In this document: one piece after another, positions 52,037 to 62,469 of the stretch
How the letters are laid out: each line of letters opens with the position of its first letter
How positions within the stretch are numbered: position 1 is the stretch's first letter
From: Eubacteriales bacterium
Lineage (GTDB): Bacteria > Bacillota > Clostridia > Oscillospirales > CAG-382
Assembly (NCBI GenBank): GCA_045540015.1
Contig: JAZQGP010000013.1
Coordinates: 9,100 to 73,099, forward strand
DNA: 64,000 nt
Direction of reading: 5' to 3'
The notes under the pieces: model-generated
What the model was told of the DNA's origin: nothing
The model's database searches: none
Seen by the model: only the letters and a program-made list of their open reading frames with translations
Program-made: the position numbers and the translations under genes

Positions 52037-55000
52037 ATGAAGATTGCAAAAAAACAGAGCAGGCTTGTAGTTTCTTTCATTATTATAAGTATGCTCCTGC
52101 AGGCATTCGTAAGTGTATCTGTTTTTGCTCAGCCCGAAACTGAGGCTGATACTGTTCTTATTGAAGAAACTGTATCTGTCGAAGACGACGGTGTAACAAG
52201 AACGCTCAACTCGCTTAACGAAATGGCAGACCTTATGGTCTCCACCACCTACGCCGAATATCTCGGGCTTTACGGAGATACTCCCAAGGCCACCCAGGAG
52301 ATAGTTATCAAGGCGGTTGACTATGATGCGGAAAAAACAACTGCACAGGTCAAAGTAGTAGAAGACAGCGAAAAGGGCGAAACCCTTTGGGCTCCCGATA
52401 CAGGAAAAACTGTCTATACGGTAGAGATTCCCGAAACGGGAATGTACGCAATGACGGTTGACTATTATCCTTGTGAGGGTAACGGTTCCAATATTGAGCG
52501 TGTTCTTCTCATTGACGGAAAGGTTCCGTTTGCTGAAGCGCGTTATATCAACTTTACACGCGTATGGGGCGATAAAGAGGATGAGAACTACAGCAAAATC
52601 GAGCGTACCTTCAAGAAGGACTTTAACGGAAACGAAATGCGTCCCGTAAAGTATGAAACTCCTGAATGGAGAAGTGAGGAGATTTATGACTCTGAAACCT
52701 TCTTCTCGACTCCTCTTGAGTTTTATCTTGAAAAGGGAACTCATACAATTGCGTTTGACGCAGCGTGCGAGCCTCTCCAGACAAGTGAAATTCGTTTGCA
52801 TCCCGCAACTACGTATATTTCTTATGAAGAATATGCTGCACAGCATGCCGACAAATCGGCTCCCAAGGATGCTGAAACCATCTACATAAACGCTGAAACT
52901 CCGGTTGCTACGAGTGAACAGGTTCTCTATGCGATGAATGACCGTACAAGCGGTATCACCGAGCCTCAGAGCACCTCGGCAACGCTTCTTAATACCATCG
53001 GCGGTAACGGCGGTGACAAGTGGAAGATTTCCGGTCAGTGGATAAAGTACGACTTTGACGTTGAAAAGGCGGGCATGTATGATATCGTGCTTCGCTTTAA
53101 GCAGACCGTAAACCAGGGTCTTTTCTCGTCACGTGCAATTAAGATTGACGGTGACTATCCCTTTGAAGAAGCAAAGCAGCTCCAGTTCCAGTATAATGCC
53201 GACTGGCAGGTTGACTCGCTTAACGACGGTACAACGCACTTCAGCTTCTACCTTGATGAGGGACACCATACAATCGAATTTAAGACTGTTCTCGGTGATA
53301 TGGCAAACGTACTCAATACCATCAACGACAGCCAGACAAGACTTAATGAGTATTACAGAAAGATACTTATGATTACAGGCTCCGATCCTGATGAGTATAC
53401 CGACTACGAGTTTGCAAAGCTTATTCCCGAGGTTCTCAGAGGTATGAGAGACGAAGCAAAGCTTCTTTATGATGTTTCTGCAGAGCTTGAAGCAAAGATT
53501 GGTTCAAAGGGTCAGAACACAGTTATTCTTGACCGTGTTGCGTTCCTTCTCGAAACAATGGGTAACGACCAGGATAAAATTGCAACCAACCTTTCAAACT
53601 ATAAGAGTAACATAGGTTCACTCGGTACATGGCTGCTCACCACAAAGGGACAGCCCCTCCAGCTTGATTACATAAAGGTTCAGCCTAAAGGCAGTGCTCT
53701 TCCTAAGGCTAATACCAATTTCTTTGAAGCAATGGCTCACGAAATCGGCTCTTTCTTCATGTCGTTCTTCACCGACTATAACTCACTCGGTGCAAGCAAG
53801 AAGATTGAAGAGGACGACCCCGATGTTGTTGAGGTTTGGGTTACAACCGGTCGTGACCAGGCACAGATCATGCGCCAGATGGTTGACGACAGCTTTACGG
53901 CTGAAACGGGAATCGCAGTTAACTTAAAGCTTATAGCGGCAGGTACACTTCTTCCCGCAACGCTTGCAGGTGTTGGTCCTGACGTTTCAATGGACGGCGA
54001 CCCTGTTGGCTTTGGTATAAGAAATGCGGTTATTCCCGTTAACTACTTCTCTGATTTTGAAACAGAAGTAAAACCGCTCTTCAATGATGAGCAGTTCGTT
54101 CCGCTGACAGTGCTTGACCCTGACAGAATCGAATATGCCGACGGAACAACCGGTGACCAGTTTGACGAACAGAAGGAATATAAGGTAGTAGACGGAATTG
54201 AAAGAAACGGTGTTGTAACGTACGGTATTCCTTCCACACTCGACCTTCCTATGCTGTTCTATCGTAAGGATATCTTCGTTGACCTCGGTCTTGAAGTCCC
54301 TGAAACATGGGACGACGTTGAAGCCATTATTCGTGCTTTGTCCGAGAACCAGATGGAAATGGGCTTCTCCCAGGCCATGACCCAGATTTATATGTATCAG
54401 AACGATATAGAATGGTTTAAGTCAAGCTACGATTACGAAGGTGTAACCGGCGACAGAACCGACAGAGAATATATGCGTACAGTAGGTATTCAGACAAACC
54501 TTGACTGTAATGAAGCTCTCGATGCATTCCAGAGAATGACCGAATGGTTCACTCTTTACGGCGAGCCTATTACCTACGACTTTGCAAACCGCTTCAGAAC
54601 GGGTGAAATGCCTATCGCGATTGCAAACTATACTACATATAACCAGCTTAAAGTATTTGCTCCCGAAATTGCAGGTCTGTGGGAATTTGTTCAGCTTCCC
54701 GGTGTTAAACGTGAAGACGGAAGCATAAACCACACTTCTCCCATCACTCCTCATGCCATGATGATGATGAGGGATGCCGCAAACGACATTTCCGACAAAC
54801 AGGACGTTACCGAGTCTCCCAAGGCTAAGAAGGCATGGGAATACCTCAAGTGGTGGGTAAGCACTCCGACACAGGAGCGTTTCGGTAAGGAACAGGTTGC
54901 TATCATGGGTACGGCTGCAAAGTATAACACAGCTAACATTGCAGCACTTACCGGTCAGTCCTGGACGGCTCAGGAAAAGAGAAACCTTGAACAGCAGTTT

Positions 55001-55234
55001 AAATCACTCAAGGGTACGCCGATGTCTCCCGGTAACTACATCGTTGCAAGATATACAAACTTTGCGTTCTACGCAGTTGTCGATGACGATGAGGTTGCTT
55101 CCGAGGCAATGCTCGGCTATGTTGACGATATAAACCACGAGCTCTCAAGAAAAAGAGACGAGTATGGCTTCCTTACTATGGAAGAATATACCGAAGAGCT
55201 TGCTGCTAAGGGCATAGAGGTTAAAGCGTCATAA
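52037..55234 (+). CDS. Giant (~1065 aa) extracellular solute-binding protein with N-terminal CBM-like domains
   Basis: Sec-type signal (..VSVFA); two beta-sandwich-like units (ETGMYAMTVDY..FYLEKGTHTI; KAGMYDIVLRF..FYLDEGHHTI); family-1 SBP motifs (GRDQAQI, GPDV, MLFYRKDIF, PETWDD, FRTGEMPIAI). Confidence 0.88.
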   Translation: MKIAKKQSRLVVSFIIISMLLQAFVSVSVFAQPETEADTVLIEETVSVEDDGVTRTLNSLNEMADLMVSTTYAEYLGLYGDTPKATQEIVIKAVDYDAEKTTAQVKVVEDSEKGETLWAPDTGKTVYTVEIPETGMYAMTVDYYPCEGNGSNIERVLLIDGKVPFAEARYINFTRVWGDKEDENYSKIERTFKKDFNGNEMRPVKYETPEWRSEEIYDSETFFSTPLEFYLEKGTHTIAFDAACEPLQTSEIRLHPATTYISYEEYAAQHADKSAPKDAETIYINAETPVATSEQVLYAMNDRTSGITEPQSTSATLLNTIGGNGGDKWKISGQWIKYDFDVEKAGMYDIVLRFKQTVNQGLFSSRAIKIDGDYPFEEAKQLQFQYNADWQVDSLNDGTTHFSFYLDEGHHTIEFKTVLGDMANVLNTINDSQTRLNEYYRKILMITGSDPDEYTDYEFAKLIPEVLRGMRDEAKLLYDVSAELEAKIGSKGQNTVILDRVAFLLETMGNDQDKIATNLSNYKSNIGSLGTWLLTTKGQPLQLDYIKVQPKGSALPKANTNFFEAMAHEIGSFFMSFFTDYNSLGASKKIEEDDPDVVEVWVTTGRDQAQIMRQMVDDSFTAETGIAVNLKLIAAGTLLPATLAGVGPDVSMDGDPVGFGIRNAVIPVNYFSDFETEVKPLFNDEQFVPLTVLDPDRIEYADGTTGDQFDEQKEYKVVDGIERNGVVTYGIPSTLDLPMLFYRKDIFVDLGLEVPETWDDVEAIIRALSENQMEMGFSQAMTQIYMYQNDIEWFKSSYDYEGVTGDRTDREYMRTVGIQTNLDCNEALDAFQRMTEWFTLYGEPITYDFANRFRTGEMPIAIANYTTYNQLKVFAPEIAGLWEFVQLPGVKREDGSINHTSPITPHAMMMMRDAANDISDKQDVTESPKAKKAWEYLKWWVSTPTQERFGKEQVAIMGTAAKYNTANIAALTGQSWTAQEKRNLEQQFKSLKGTPMSPGNYIVARYTNFAFYAVVDDDEVASEAMLGYVDDINHELSRKRDEYGFLTMEEYTEELAAKGIEVKAS

Positions 55235-55271
55235 ACATTACATTATTACATATAATCAAGGAGTGAAATAA

Positions 55272-56228
55272 ATGTCAGAAAAAGCTGTTCAGAAGCCGCA
55301 AGCGGCTCCAAAGCTCAGAAAAGATATGACAAAGTGGCAGTGGACACTCCGTGAAATGAAGGTCAATAAGGTCGGTTACGTAATGGTAGCTCCTTACTAT
55401 CTTATATTCTTCACCTTCACGGTTATCCCGGTATTTGTATCCCTGCTTCTCAGCCTTACACAGTTCAATATGCTTGAAATGCCTGTTTTTGTAGGCGCAA
55501 GCAACTACATAAGACTTCTTCTGGATGATGATATCTTCCTTACTGCATGTAAGAATACATTGATATTTTCAACTATGACAGGTCCTGTATCGTACCTGCT
55601 CTGTCTTATGTTCGCATGGTTCATCAATGAACTGACTCCCAAAATTCGTGCGGTTGTTACACTTATCTTCTATGCACCGAGTATCTCCGGTCAGGTATAC
55701 CTCATCTGGCAGACTCTGTTCTCCAGTGACCAGTACGGCTGGGTAAACGGTACCCTTATGAAGCTTGGTATAATCAACGCACCAATTCTCTGGTTCCAGG
55801 ACACAGACTACATCATGACACTTGTTATCGTAGTTGCTCTTTGGACGAGTCTCGGTACTTCGTTCCTGTCCTTCATTGCGGGCTTCCAGGTTGTTGATAA
55901 GTCCCTCTATGAAGCGGCAAGCGTTGACGGCGTCAGAAACCGTTGGCAGGAGCTTTGGTATGTAACACTTCCTGTTATGAAAAACCAGATGATGTTCGCA
56001 GCTATCATGTCAATCACCGGCGCTTTCGGATTCGGTGCTGTCGTTACGGCACTTTGCGGATTCCCGTCTGTTGACTACTGCGCACATACAATCATGCACC
56101 ATCTTGACGACTACGGCGGACAGCGCTGGGAGGTCGGATATGCATCCGCGATTGCTACAATTCTGTTTGCAATCATGATAGGTGCAAACCTTGCTATTAA
56201 TAAATTACTGTCGAAGGTAGGTAAATGA
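55272..56228 (+). CDS. Carbohydrate ABC permease (MalF/UgpA-like)
   Basis: FVGASNY, EAA loop LYEAASVDG, GYASAIA. Confidence 0.93.
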   Translation: MSEKAVQKPQAAPKLRKDMTKWQWTLREMKVNKVGYVMVAPYYLIFFTFTVIPVFVSLLLSLTQFNMLEMPVFVGASNYIRLLLDDDIFLTACKNTLIFSTMTGPVSYLLCLMFAWFINELTPKIRAVVTLIFYAPSISGQVYLIWQTLFSSDQYGWVNGTLMKLGIINAPILWFQDTDYIMTLVIVVALWTSLGTSFLSFIAGFQVVDKSLYEAASVDGVRNRWQELWYVTLPVMKNQMMFAAIMSITGAFGFGAVVTALCGFPSVDYCAHTIMHHLDDYGGQRWEVGYASAIATILFAIMIGANLAINKLLSKVGK

Positions 56229-57097
56229 CGATGAAACTTCCAAAAATCAAACGACGTTCATTTAACCGATCCGTCGGCGGTGACGTTGGTATCAATGTCC
56301 TTCTTATTATCTTCGGCGCATTCATGTTCCTTCCGATGGTATACGCGGTTTCTCAGTCGCTAAAGCCTCTTGATGAACTCTGGATGTTCCCGCCGAGATT
56401 CTTCGTGCGTAACCCCACTCTTCTGAACTTCTCAGACCTTTTCAGACTCATGGGTGAGTCCTGGATTCCGTTCTCAAGATACATATTCAATACCGCACTC
56501 GTTTCAGTCGGCGGCACTTTCGGTCACCTGTTCCTTGCTTCAATGGCGGCTTATGCCATGACCAAGATTAATTTCCCCGGTCGCAAGGCAATGTTCCAGA
56601 CTGTATACTACTCGCTGATGTTCCATTCCACAGTATCCTCCATCTCAAACTTCATTATCATGTCAGCTCTCGGATGGATTGATACATACTGGTCTCTTAT
56701 CGTTCCCGCATTCGGCTATACTCTCGGTTTCTACCTCATGAGGCAGTTCATGGAATCGACAGTTCCGGATTCGGTTCTCGAGTCTGCAAGACTTGACGGT
56801 GCTAAAGAGCTTACGATTTACTGGAAGATAGTAATGCCTATGGTAAAACCAGCGTGGCTGACACTTATCGTTTACTCCTTCCAAGGTCTGTGGAACAGCG
56901 GTACTTCAATCTATATCTACAGTGAACAGCTTAAAACCTTTAACTACGATATTCAGCAGATTCTTGCCGGCGGTATCGTACGAAGCGGTGCGGCAGCGGC
57001 TTCAACCGTTATCATGATGCTCGTTCCTGTTTCGGTATTCGTTGTTACTCAGAGTAACATCATCGAAACAATGGCAAGCTCGGGTATGAAGGACTAA
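56225..57097 (+). CDS. Carbohydrate ABC permease (MalG/UgpE-like)
   Basis: SLKPLDEL, AAYA, LESARLDGA, IVMPMVKPA. Confidence 0.93.
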   Translation: MTMKLPKIKRRSFNRSVGGDVGINVLLIIFGAFMFLPMVYAVSQSLKPLDELWMFPPRFFVRNPTLLNFSDLFRLMGESWIPFSRYIFNTALVSVGGTFGHLFLASMAAYAMTKINFPGRKAMFQTVYYSLMFHSTVSSISNFIIMSALGWIDTYWSLIVPAFGYTLGFYLMRQFMESTVPDSVLESARLDGAKELTIYWKIVMPMVKPAWLTLIVYSFQGLWNSGTSIYIYSEQLKTFNYDIQQILAGGIVRSGAAAASTVIMMLVPVSVFVVTQSNIIETMASSGMKD

Positions 57098-57115
57098 GTA
57101 AGGAGGAGAATCAGA

Positions 57116-59356
57116 ATGAAAAATATAAAAAGAATACTTCTCCTTGTTATGTGCCTTGTAATGCTCGTTGGCACAATACCTACAGGAGCAATTATCCCGT
57201 ATTCAACATATACATATGATATTGACGGAAACTATGTTGAGTCTCCTCATGCATATGTTCCGTATGAAGTAATCACTTCAAAGACACTCGGTCTTGAGGT
57301 TGAAATTGCAAGTCCCTATGACATGTGTACAGGTCGTTCCTATTACATGAATGACGCTGTGAAGACTTTCTACTGGGACAGAATGGTTTATATCTCCGAC
57401 GGAGATAATCAGAGAGTTATCGCTCTTGAATACAGCGACGAAACAAATACGTTTGAGTATAAGTATGAAATGACGGAATTCATCAATAACTGGGGTGTTC
57501 CGGATGCGATTGCTTCTCCTCGCGGTCTTTATGCAACCGACGAAGAACTGTATGTGTGCGATACCGACGCAAACAGAATTCTCGTTTTTGCTACACATAA
57601 CCACCCTGAGTATGAAGAAGGCGAGTTTATAAGAATTATCGCTGAGCCTCAGAGTGAAGTTTTTCCCGATGACCATATTTATAAGCCGATAGCTGTTGCA
57701 GTAAGCTCTTCGGGATATACATATGTTGTATCCTCAACAACTTATCAGGGTATTATTTCCCTTAACAGCGACGGTGAATTTGCAGGATTTATCGGAACTC
57801 AGTCCCAGTCTCTTTCTCTTATGGATATGATCTGGAGACGTTTCCAGACTGCAGAACAGAAGAGCAAATCCGTAAAGAACGTATCTGTTGAGTTCAACAA
57901 CCTCAACATCAACGAAAAGGGCTTCGTTTACGCAACAACGGCATCCATAAATGAGGATGACCTTATGGGCGCCATTCAGTCAAAGAGTACCGCAAGTGAC
58001 TACGCTCCAGTTAAGATGCTTAACCCAAGCGGTACAGACGTTATGAAGCGTTCGGGCTTCTATCCGCCTGCAGGCGAAATAAACGTAAACCTTCAGCAGA
58101 CTCCAGATTATAACATCACCGGTCCTTCGACTATCAACGACGTTGCTCTCGGCCCGGAAGGAACCTGGTCTGTAACAGACGCAAAGCGTCAGAAGATATT
58201 CACCTATGATGAAGACGGAAACCTCCTCTTTGCATTCGGTGATAAGGGTAGTCAGCTCGGTAATATTACAGGTATTCAGGCTATAGACTATGCTTATGAT
58301 AACCGCGATCCCGAAAACGCAATCAACTATATGCTCGTTCTTGATAAGGAAAACGATGCAATAACCATTTATAAGAGAACCGCATACGGCGATATCCTTG
58401 TTAAGGCACTTAAGAATCAAAGAGACAGAAACTTTGACCTTGCGGCCGATGACTGGAAGGAAATTCTCCGTAGTAACTCAAACTTCGACATGTCCTATAT
58501 CGGTATCGGTAAGAGCCTTTACCGTCAGGGCGAATATGAAGAAGCTATGGATATGTACAAATATGCATACGACACAACAAACTATTCCGAAGCCTGGCAG
58601 CAGGTAAGAAAAGAATGGGTTGAAAAGTATGCAATTGTAGTTCCGATAGTTGTTGTTATATTCTTTATCATTCTCGGAAAAATCTTCAAGTACGCAAAGA
58701 AGGTTAACGACGCAGGACTTGCGCTCAAGCTTAAGCGTTCGCTTAAGGAAGAGGTTATGTACGGCTTCCATTCCATGATGCATCCGTTCGACGGATACTG
58801 GGATATCAAGCACGAGCACAGAGCCTCCGTAAAGGGTGCAACATTTATTCTTGCACTTGTTATTTTGACATTCATTTACAGCTCAATAGGTAAAGCATAT
58901 ATTCTCGATCCGCATCCCACAGAAGTTAACATCATTGTTATGATACTTTCGATATTGCTTCCTGTTATGCTTTGGGTTATAGCAAACTGGTGTCTGACAA
59001 CGTTGTTTGACGGTGAAGGAAGCATTCGCGATATATATATTGCAACCTGTTACTCGCTGTTCCCGCTTCCCGCGTTCTTTGTTATAACAACTCTTCTTTC
59101 TAACATTGTAACAGTGGACGAAGCATCTCTCCTTACCCTTGCAATGGGCGTTGCCTTCTTCTGGGTGGGCTTCCTGCTCTTCTTCGGAATGATGGTAATT
59201 CACGACTACACGCTGTTTAAGAACATGCTTACCGTTATTGCCTCTATTGTAGGTATGGCGTTCATCATGTTTATAGCAGTGCTGTTCTCAAGCCTGCTCG
59301 GTAAAATTGTATCGTTTATCGGCAGTATCATAACCGAGCTTTCGTACCGAATGTAA
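57116..59356 (+). CDS. Secreted NHL-repeat beta-propeller + TPR + Yip1-type multi-pass membrane domain fusion
   Basis: Signal peptide; YISDGDNQRV and LYVCDTDANRILVF (NHL); YIGIGKSLYRQGEYEEAM (TPR); HPFDGYWDIK and NWCLTTLFDGEG plus ~5 hydrophobic helices (Yip1-like). Confidence 0.82.
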   Translation: MKNIKRILLLVMCLVMLVGTIPTGAIIPYSTYTYDIDGNYVESPHAYVPYEVITSKTLGLEVEIASPYDMCTGRSYYMNDAVKTFYWDRMVYISDGDNQRVIALEYSDETNTFEYKYEMTEFINNWGVPDAIASPRGLYATDEELYVCDTDANRILVFATHNHPEYEEGEFIRIIAEPQSEVFPDDHIYKPIAVAVSSSGYTYVVSSTTYQGIISLNSDGEFAGFIGTQSQSLSLMDMIWRRFQTAEQKSKSVKNVSVEFNNLNINEKGFVYATTASINEDDLMGAIQSKSTASDYAPVKMLNPSGTDVMKRSGFYPPAGEINVNLQQTPDYNITGPSTINDVALGPEGTWSVTDAKRQKIFTYDEDGNLLFAFGDKGSQLGNITGIQAIDYAYDNRDPENAINYMLVLDKENDAITIYKRTAYGDILVKALKNQRDRNFDLAADDWKEILRSNSNFDMSYIGIGKSLYRQGEYEEAMDMYKYAYDTTNYSEAWQQVRKEWVEKYAIVVPIVVVIFFIILGKIFKYAKKVNDAGLALKLKRSLKEEVMYGFHSMMHPFDGYWDIKHEHRASVKGATFILALVILTFIYSSIGKAYILDPHPTEVNIIVMILSILLPVMLWVIANWCLTTLFDGEGSIRDIYIATCYSLFPLPAFFVITTLLSNIVTVDEASLLTLAMGVAFFWVGFLLFFGMMVIHDYTLFKNMLTVIASIVGMAFIMFIAVLFSSLLGKIVSFIGSIITELSYRM

Positions 59357-59376
59357 GAATGAAAGGAGTAATGAAA

Positions 59377-62300
59377 ATGAAATTCAGAAATACAATATGT
59401 TACATTCTTTCGTTCCTGCTTATCTTCTCGGTTTTATCGCCTTGCATGATTGCAGGTGCTGATGAAACCGAAGAAAAAACCGAGGCAGCCGAAACTACCG
59501 AAAATGCCGAAACCGCTGAAACCGCCGAAGAGGCCGAAGGTGAAGAAAAAGCCGAAGGTGAAGAAGGCGAAGGTGAAGAAGGCGAAGAGGAAGAAGAAGG
59601 CTACCAGCTTACGAGAGATTATATCAAGGAAGCCTATGTAAACGAAGAGCATAAGCTTTCCACAATGACAATGTACTTTGAGGATGATAAGTACGAAATC
59701 TGGGGTCTTGAAGAGACAGGTGAAGTTGCATTCCGCGTTAAGGAAACAGGACAGATACTTCTCACCAACCCCTATGATGTCCCCACCTCAAAATCCTCAG
59801 ATGCAGTAAAGTCAGACCTTCTTTCTCAGATTATGATGACCTATAAGGATAGCGGCGGAGCAATTGTAAACTTCAACAGCTATACCGATGCTGCTTCCAA
59901 CGGCCAGATTAAAATGACAAAGACAAGACAGGGCCTAAGAGTTGACTACACCCTCGGTAAGGAACAGTCAAAATACCTCGTTCCTAAGCAAATCGAGAGA
60001 AGCAGCTTTGAAGAGAATATTCTTTCTTATTTTGAAGATACAACATCCCGTGAGTATAAGCAGCTTACAGCTTATTTCTCACTCCAGGACCCGTTTGATC
60101 CTACAATTCCCGACAGTATTCTCACATCGATGAAGGTTAAGTGGCCTATCACCGAGAAGTATGCAATCTATGTTCTTGACAGCGGTATCTCAAACCGTGA
60201 GCTTGAAGTGCTTGAAGGTTACATCAAGGGTAACACCGAGTACACAGAAGACATGATGACTGCGGACTACGAGCTTATAGATTATGTGGATACTTCCGCA
60301 GCACCTGCTCTTTTCCGTTTTGCTATCGAATACAGCCTTGATGACAACGGCATCAAGATAAGAATGCCCGCAACAAGCATCAAGTATGACTCTTCAAACT
60401 ACTCGCTCCAGAATGTTCGTTTGCTTCCTTACTTCGGTGCCGGCAGCAACGAAAACATTGGATTTACAATGGTTCCCGACGGATCGGGCACAATCACAAG
60501 ATTTGAAGAAATCGGAGCAAAGGCATTCAACCTTACAGGTAAGCTCTACGGACGTGACTATTCCTTCCATACTATTGCAGGATATACTCAGGAAACAATG
60601 CGTATTCCCGCATACGGTGTAATTGAAAGTGCACCACATGAAGAATGGATACCCGAGCCTGAGGAACCGGAAGAAACTTCGAAAGATGTAACAGAAGAAG
60701 CTGCAGCAGAAGGTGAAGAAGCTGCTGAGACAGCAGAAACTGAGATAGCTCCGGCGGATAGTACAGAAGCTGCTGAGTCTGAACAGGATGCTCAGACAGA
60801 GGCGGATGCTGAAGTTGAAGTTGAAGCTGACGCCGAGGAAGACAATGAAACAGTGCAGGCTGATACTGAAGAAGCAACTGAAGAAACAGTAGAAGAAACA
60901 GTAGAAGAAACTGTTGAGGAAACTGCAGAAACAGAGGACGAAGCGAGCACTGAACCCGTAGTAATAAGAAAGGGTTATGTTGCATACCTCGAAGAGGGCG
61001 ATGCAATGGCAGAAGTAACTGCAAGCCACGGCGGTAACGCTCACAAGTACAGCTCAGTTTACTCCACCTTCTATCCAAAGCCTACAGATACATATTATCT
61101 TACCGGTATTTCTTCAACGGGTAGTGCTTCCTGGTCGGTAACCAGCGAAAGAAAGTACACAGGTAACTATACAATCCGTGTGTTCCCGCTTTACGGTGAC
61201 GATATTGATTATACGGATATGGCTGTTGAGATAAGAAATTATCTTGAAAAGAACGGCGTTCTTTCCAGAATCAAGTCTGATGAAGAAGCAACAGACGATG
61301 TTCCGCTTTATGTTGAAAACTTCGGTACAATCGAAACTCAGCAGAAGATAGCAGGCTTCCCCGTTGATGTTCAGACTCCTCTTACCACTTTTGAACAGAC
61401 ACAGAACATGATTACAAAGCTCAAGGAACAGGGCGTAGGAAACCTTAATGTGAAGCTTACTGGCTGGTATAACGGCGGTATGATTCATACAGCACCTTCA
61501 AAGCTCAAGGTTGAGTCTGCGCTTGGAGGAAAGAAAGGACTTCGTGAGCTTACGGAATTTGCCAATGAAAACAAGGTTGGCATTTACCCCGACATAGACT
61601 TTACGTATGTTGATACCTTTGGCTCGCTTGACGGCTTCAACTATAAGGATCATTCGGTAAAGACAATTGACGGAAGAAGTGCTTCTCACAGAATTTACAA
61701 CGCCTTGTATCAGGGCTTTGAGGATGACGAAAGTCTTATAATAGCGCCTCCTGCAATGGCAGAGTTCTATGAAAAGATTGAAAAGAAGTATACTGAGCTT
61801 GGCGCAACCGGTATTTCGGTCGGAACACTGGGATATGACCTCAACTCTGACCATAACGAGGATTACACACTCACACGTGAGGATGCTAAGGATTATATCT
61901 CAGGCTTCCTCGGCGATCTTGATGAGTCAGCGGGAAGTGTTATGATTGACGGCGGTAATGCATACGCACTTCAGTATGCAGACCATATTCTCGGAGTACC
62001 GCTTGACAGCAGTCTTAATATCAACACAAGCGTTTCCATTCCCTTTATGGGCATGGTTCTCCACGGATATACACAGTTTACGGGAACTGCACTCAACCTT
62101 GACGGTGACTATGAGTACAGCATGCTCAAAGCTATGGAAAACGGTGCAAGCCTGTACTTCATGCTTTCCATGGAAAACACATCAGAGCTTAAGGCGTTCC
62201 CGCAGTTCAGTAAGTATTATGCTATCCAGTATGATATCTGGGAGCCTAAGCTTATTGAAACCTATAACACTTTCAACGACGCAATGAAGCGCGTTAAGTA

Positions 62301-62451
62301 TTCGCTTATAACCGAGCATGAGTATCTCGGAACAAGAATTGTTCGAGTTGCATACGATAACGGCACAGAGTTTGTTCTTAACTACAATACCCATGACGTT
62401 ACGCTTGACGACGGAACAACTGTCGAAGCTATGAGCTTCGCGGTAAGATAA
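59377..62451 (+). CDS. Large secreted DUF5696-type protein with acidic low-complexity inserts (ORF track start 59359)
   Basis: Signal peptide; LLPYFGA, VPDGSG, TPLTTFEQ, TGWYNGG, LGGKKGL, GGNAYAL, IPFMGMVLHG motifs. Confidence 0.78.
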   Translation: MKFRNTICYILSFLLIFSVLSPCMIAGADETEEKTEAAETTENAETAETAEEAEGEEKAEGEEGEGEEGEEEEEGYQLTRDYIKEAYVNEEHKLSTMTMYFEDDKYEIWGLEETGEVAFRVKETGQILLTNPYDVPTSKSSDAVKSDLLSQIMMTYKDSGGAIVNFNSYTDAASNGQIKMTKTRQGLRVDYTLGKEQSKYLVPKQIERSSFEENILSYFEDTTSREYKQLTAYFSLQDPFDPTIPDSILTSMKVKWPITEKYAIYVLDSGISNRELEVLEGYIKGNTEYTEDMMTADYELIDYVDTSAAPALFRFAIEYSLDDNGIKIRMPATSIKYDSSNYSLQNVRLLPYFGAGSNENIGFTMVPDGSGTITRFEEIGAKAFNLTGKLYGRDYSFHTIAGYTQETMRIPAYGVIESAPHEEWIPEPEEPEETSKDVTEEAAAEGEEAAETAETEIAPADSTEAAESEQDAQTEADAEVEVEADAEEDNETVQADTEEATEETVEETVEETVEETAETEDEASTEPVVIRKGYVAYLEEGDAMAEVTASHGGNAHKYSSVYSTFYPKPTDTYYLTGISSTGSASWSVTSERKYTGNYTIRVFPLYGDDIDYTDMAVEIRNYLEKNGVLSRIKSDEEATDDVPLYVENFGTIETQQKIAGFPVDVQTPLTTFEQTQNMITKLKEQGVGNLNVKLTGWYNGGMIHTAPSKLKVESALGGKKGLRELTEFANENKVGIYPDIDFTYVDTFGSLDGFNYKDHSVKTIDGRSASHRIYNALYQGFEDDESLIIAPPAMAEFYEKIEKKYTELGATGISVGTLGYDLNSDHNEDYTLTREDAKDYISGFLGDLDESAGSVMIDGGNAYALQYADHILGVPLDSSLNINTSVSIPFMGMVLHGYTQFTGTALNLDGDYEYSMLKAMENGASLYFMLSMENTSELKAFPQFSKYYAIQYDIWEPKLIETYNTFNDAMKRVKYSLITEHEYLGTRIVRVAYDNGTEFVLNYNTHDVTLDDGTTVEAMSFAVR
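60868..60927 (+). repeat. Five 12-bp tandem repeats encoding EEAT/EETV/EETV/EETV/EETA
   Basis: gaagaagcaact gaagaaacagta gaagaaacagta gaagaaactgtt gaggaaactgca. Confidence 0.85.
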
Positions 62452-62469
62452 GGAAGGGGTGCAGCTAAA

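Noticed and set aside
51932-52846. 304-aa minus-strand ORF
   Set aside because: Antisense to the well-supported SBP gene, with an unprotein-like composition.
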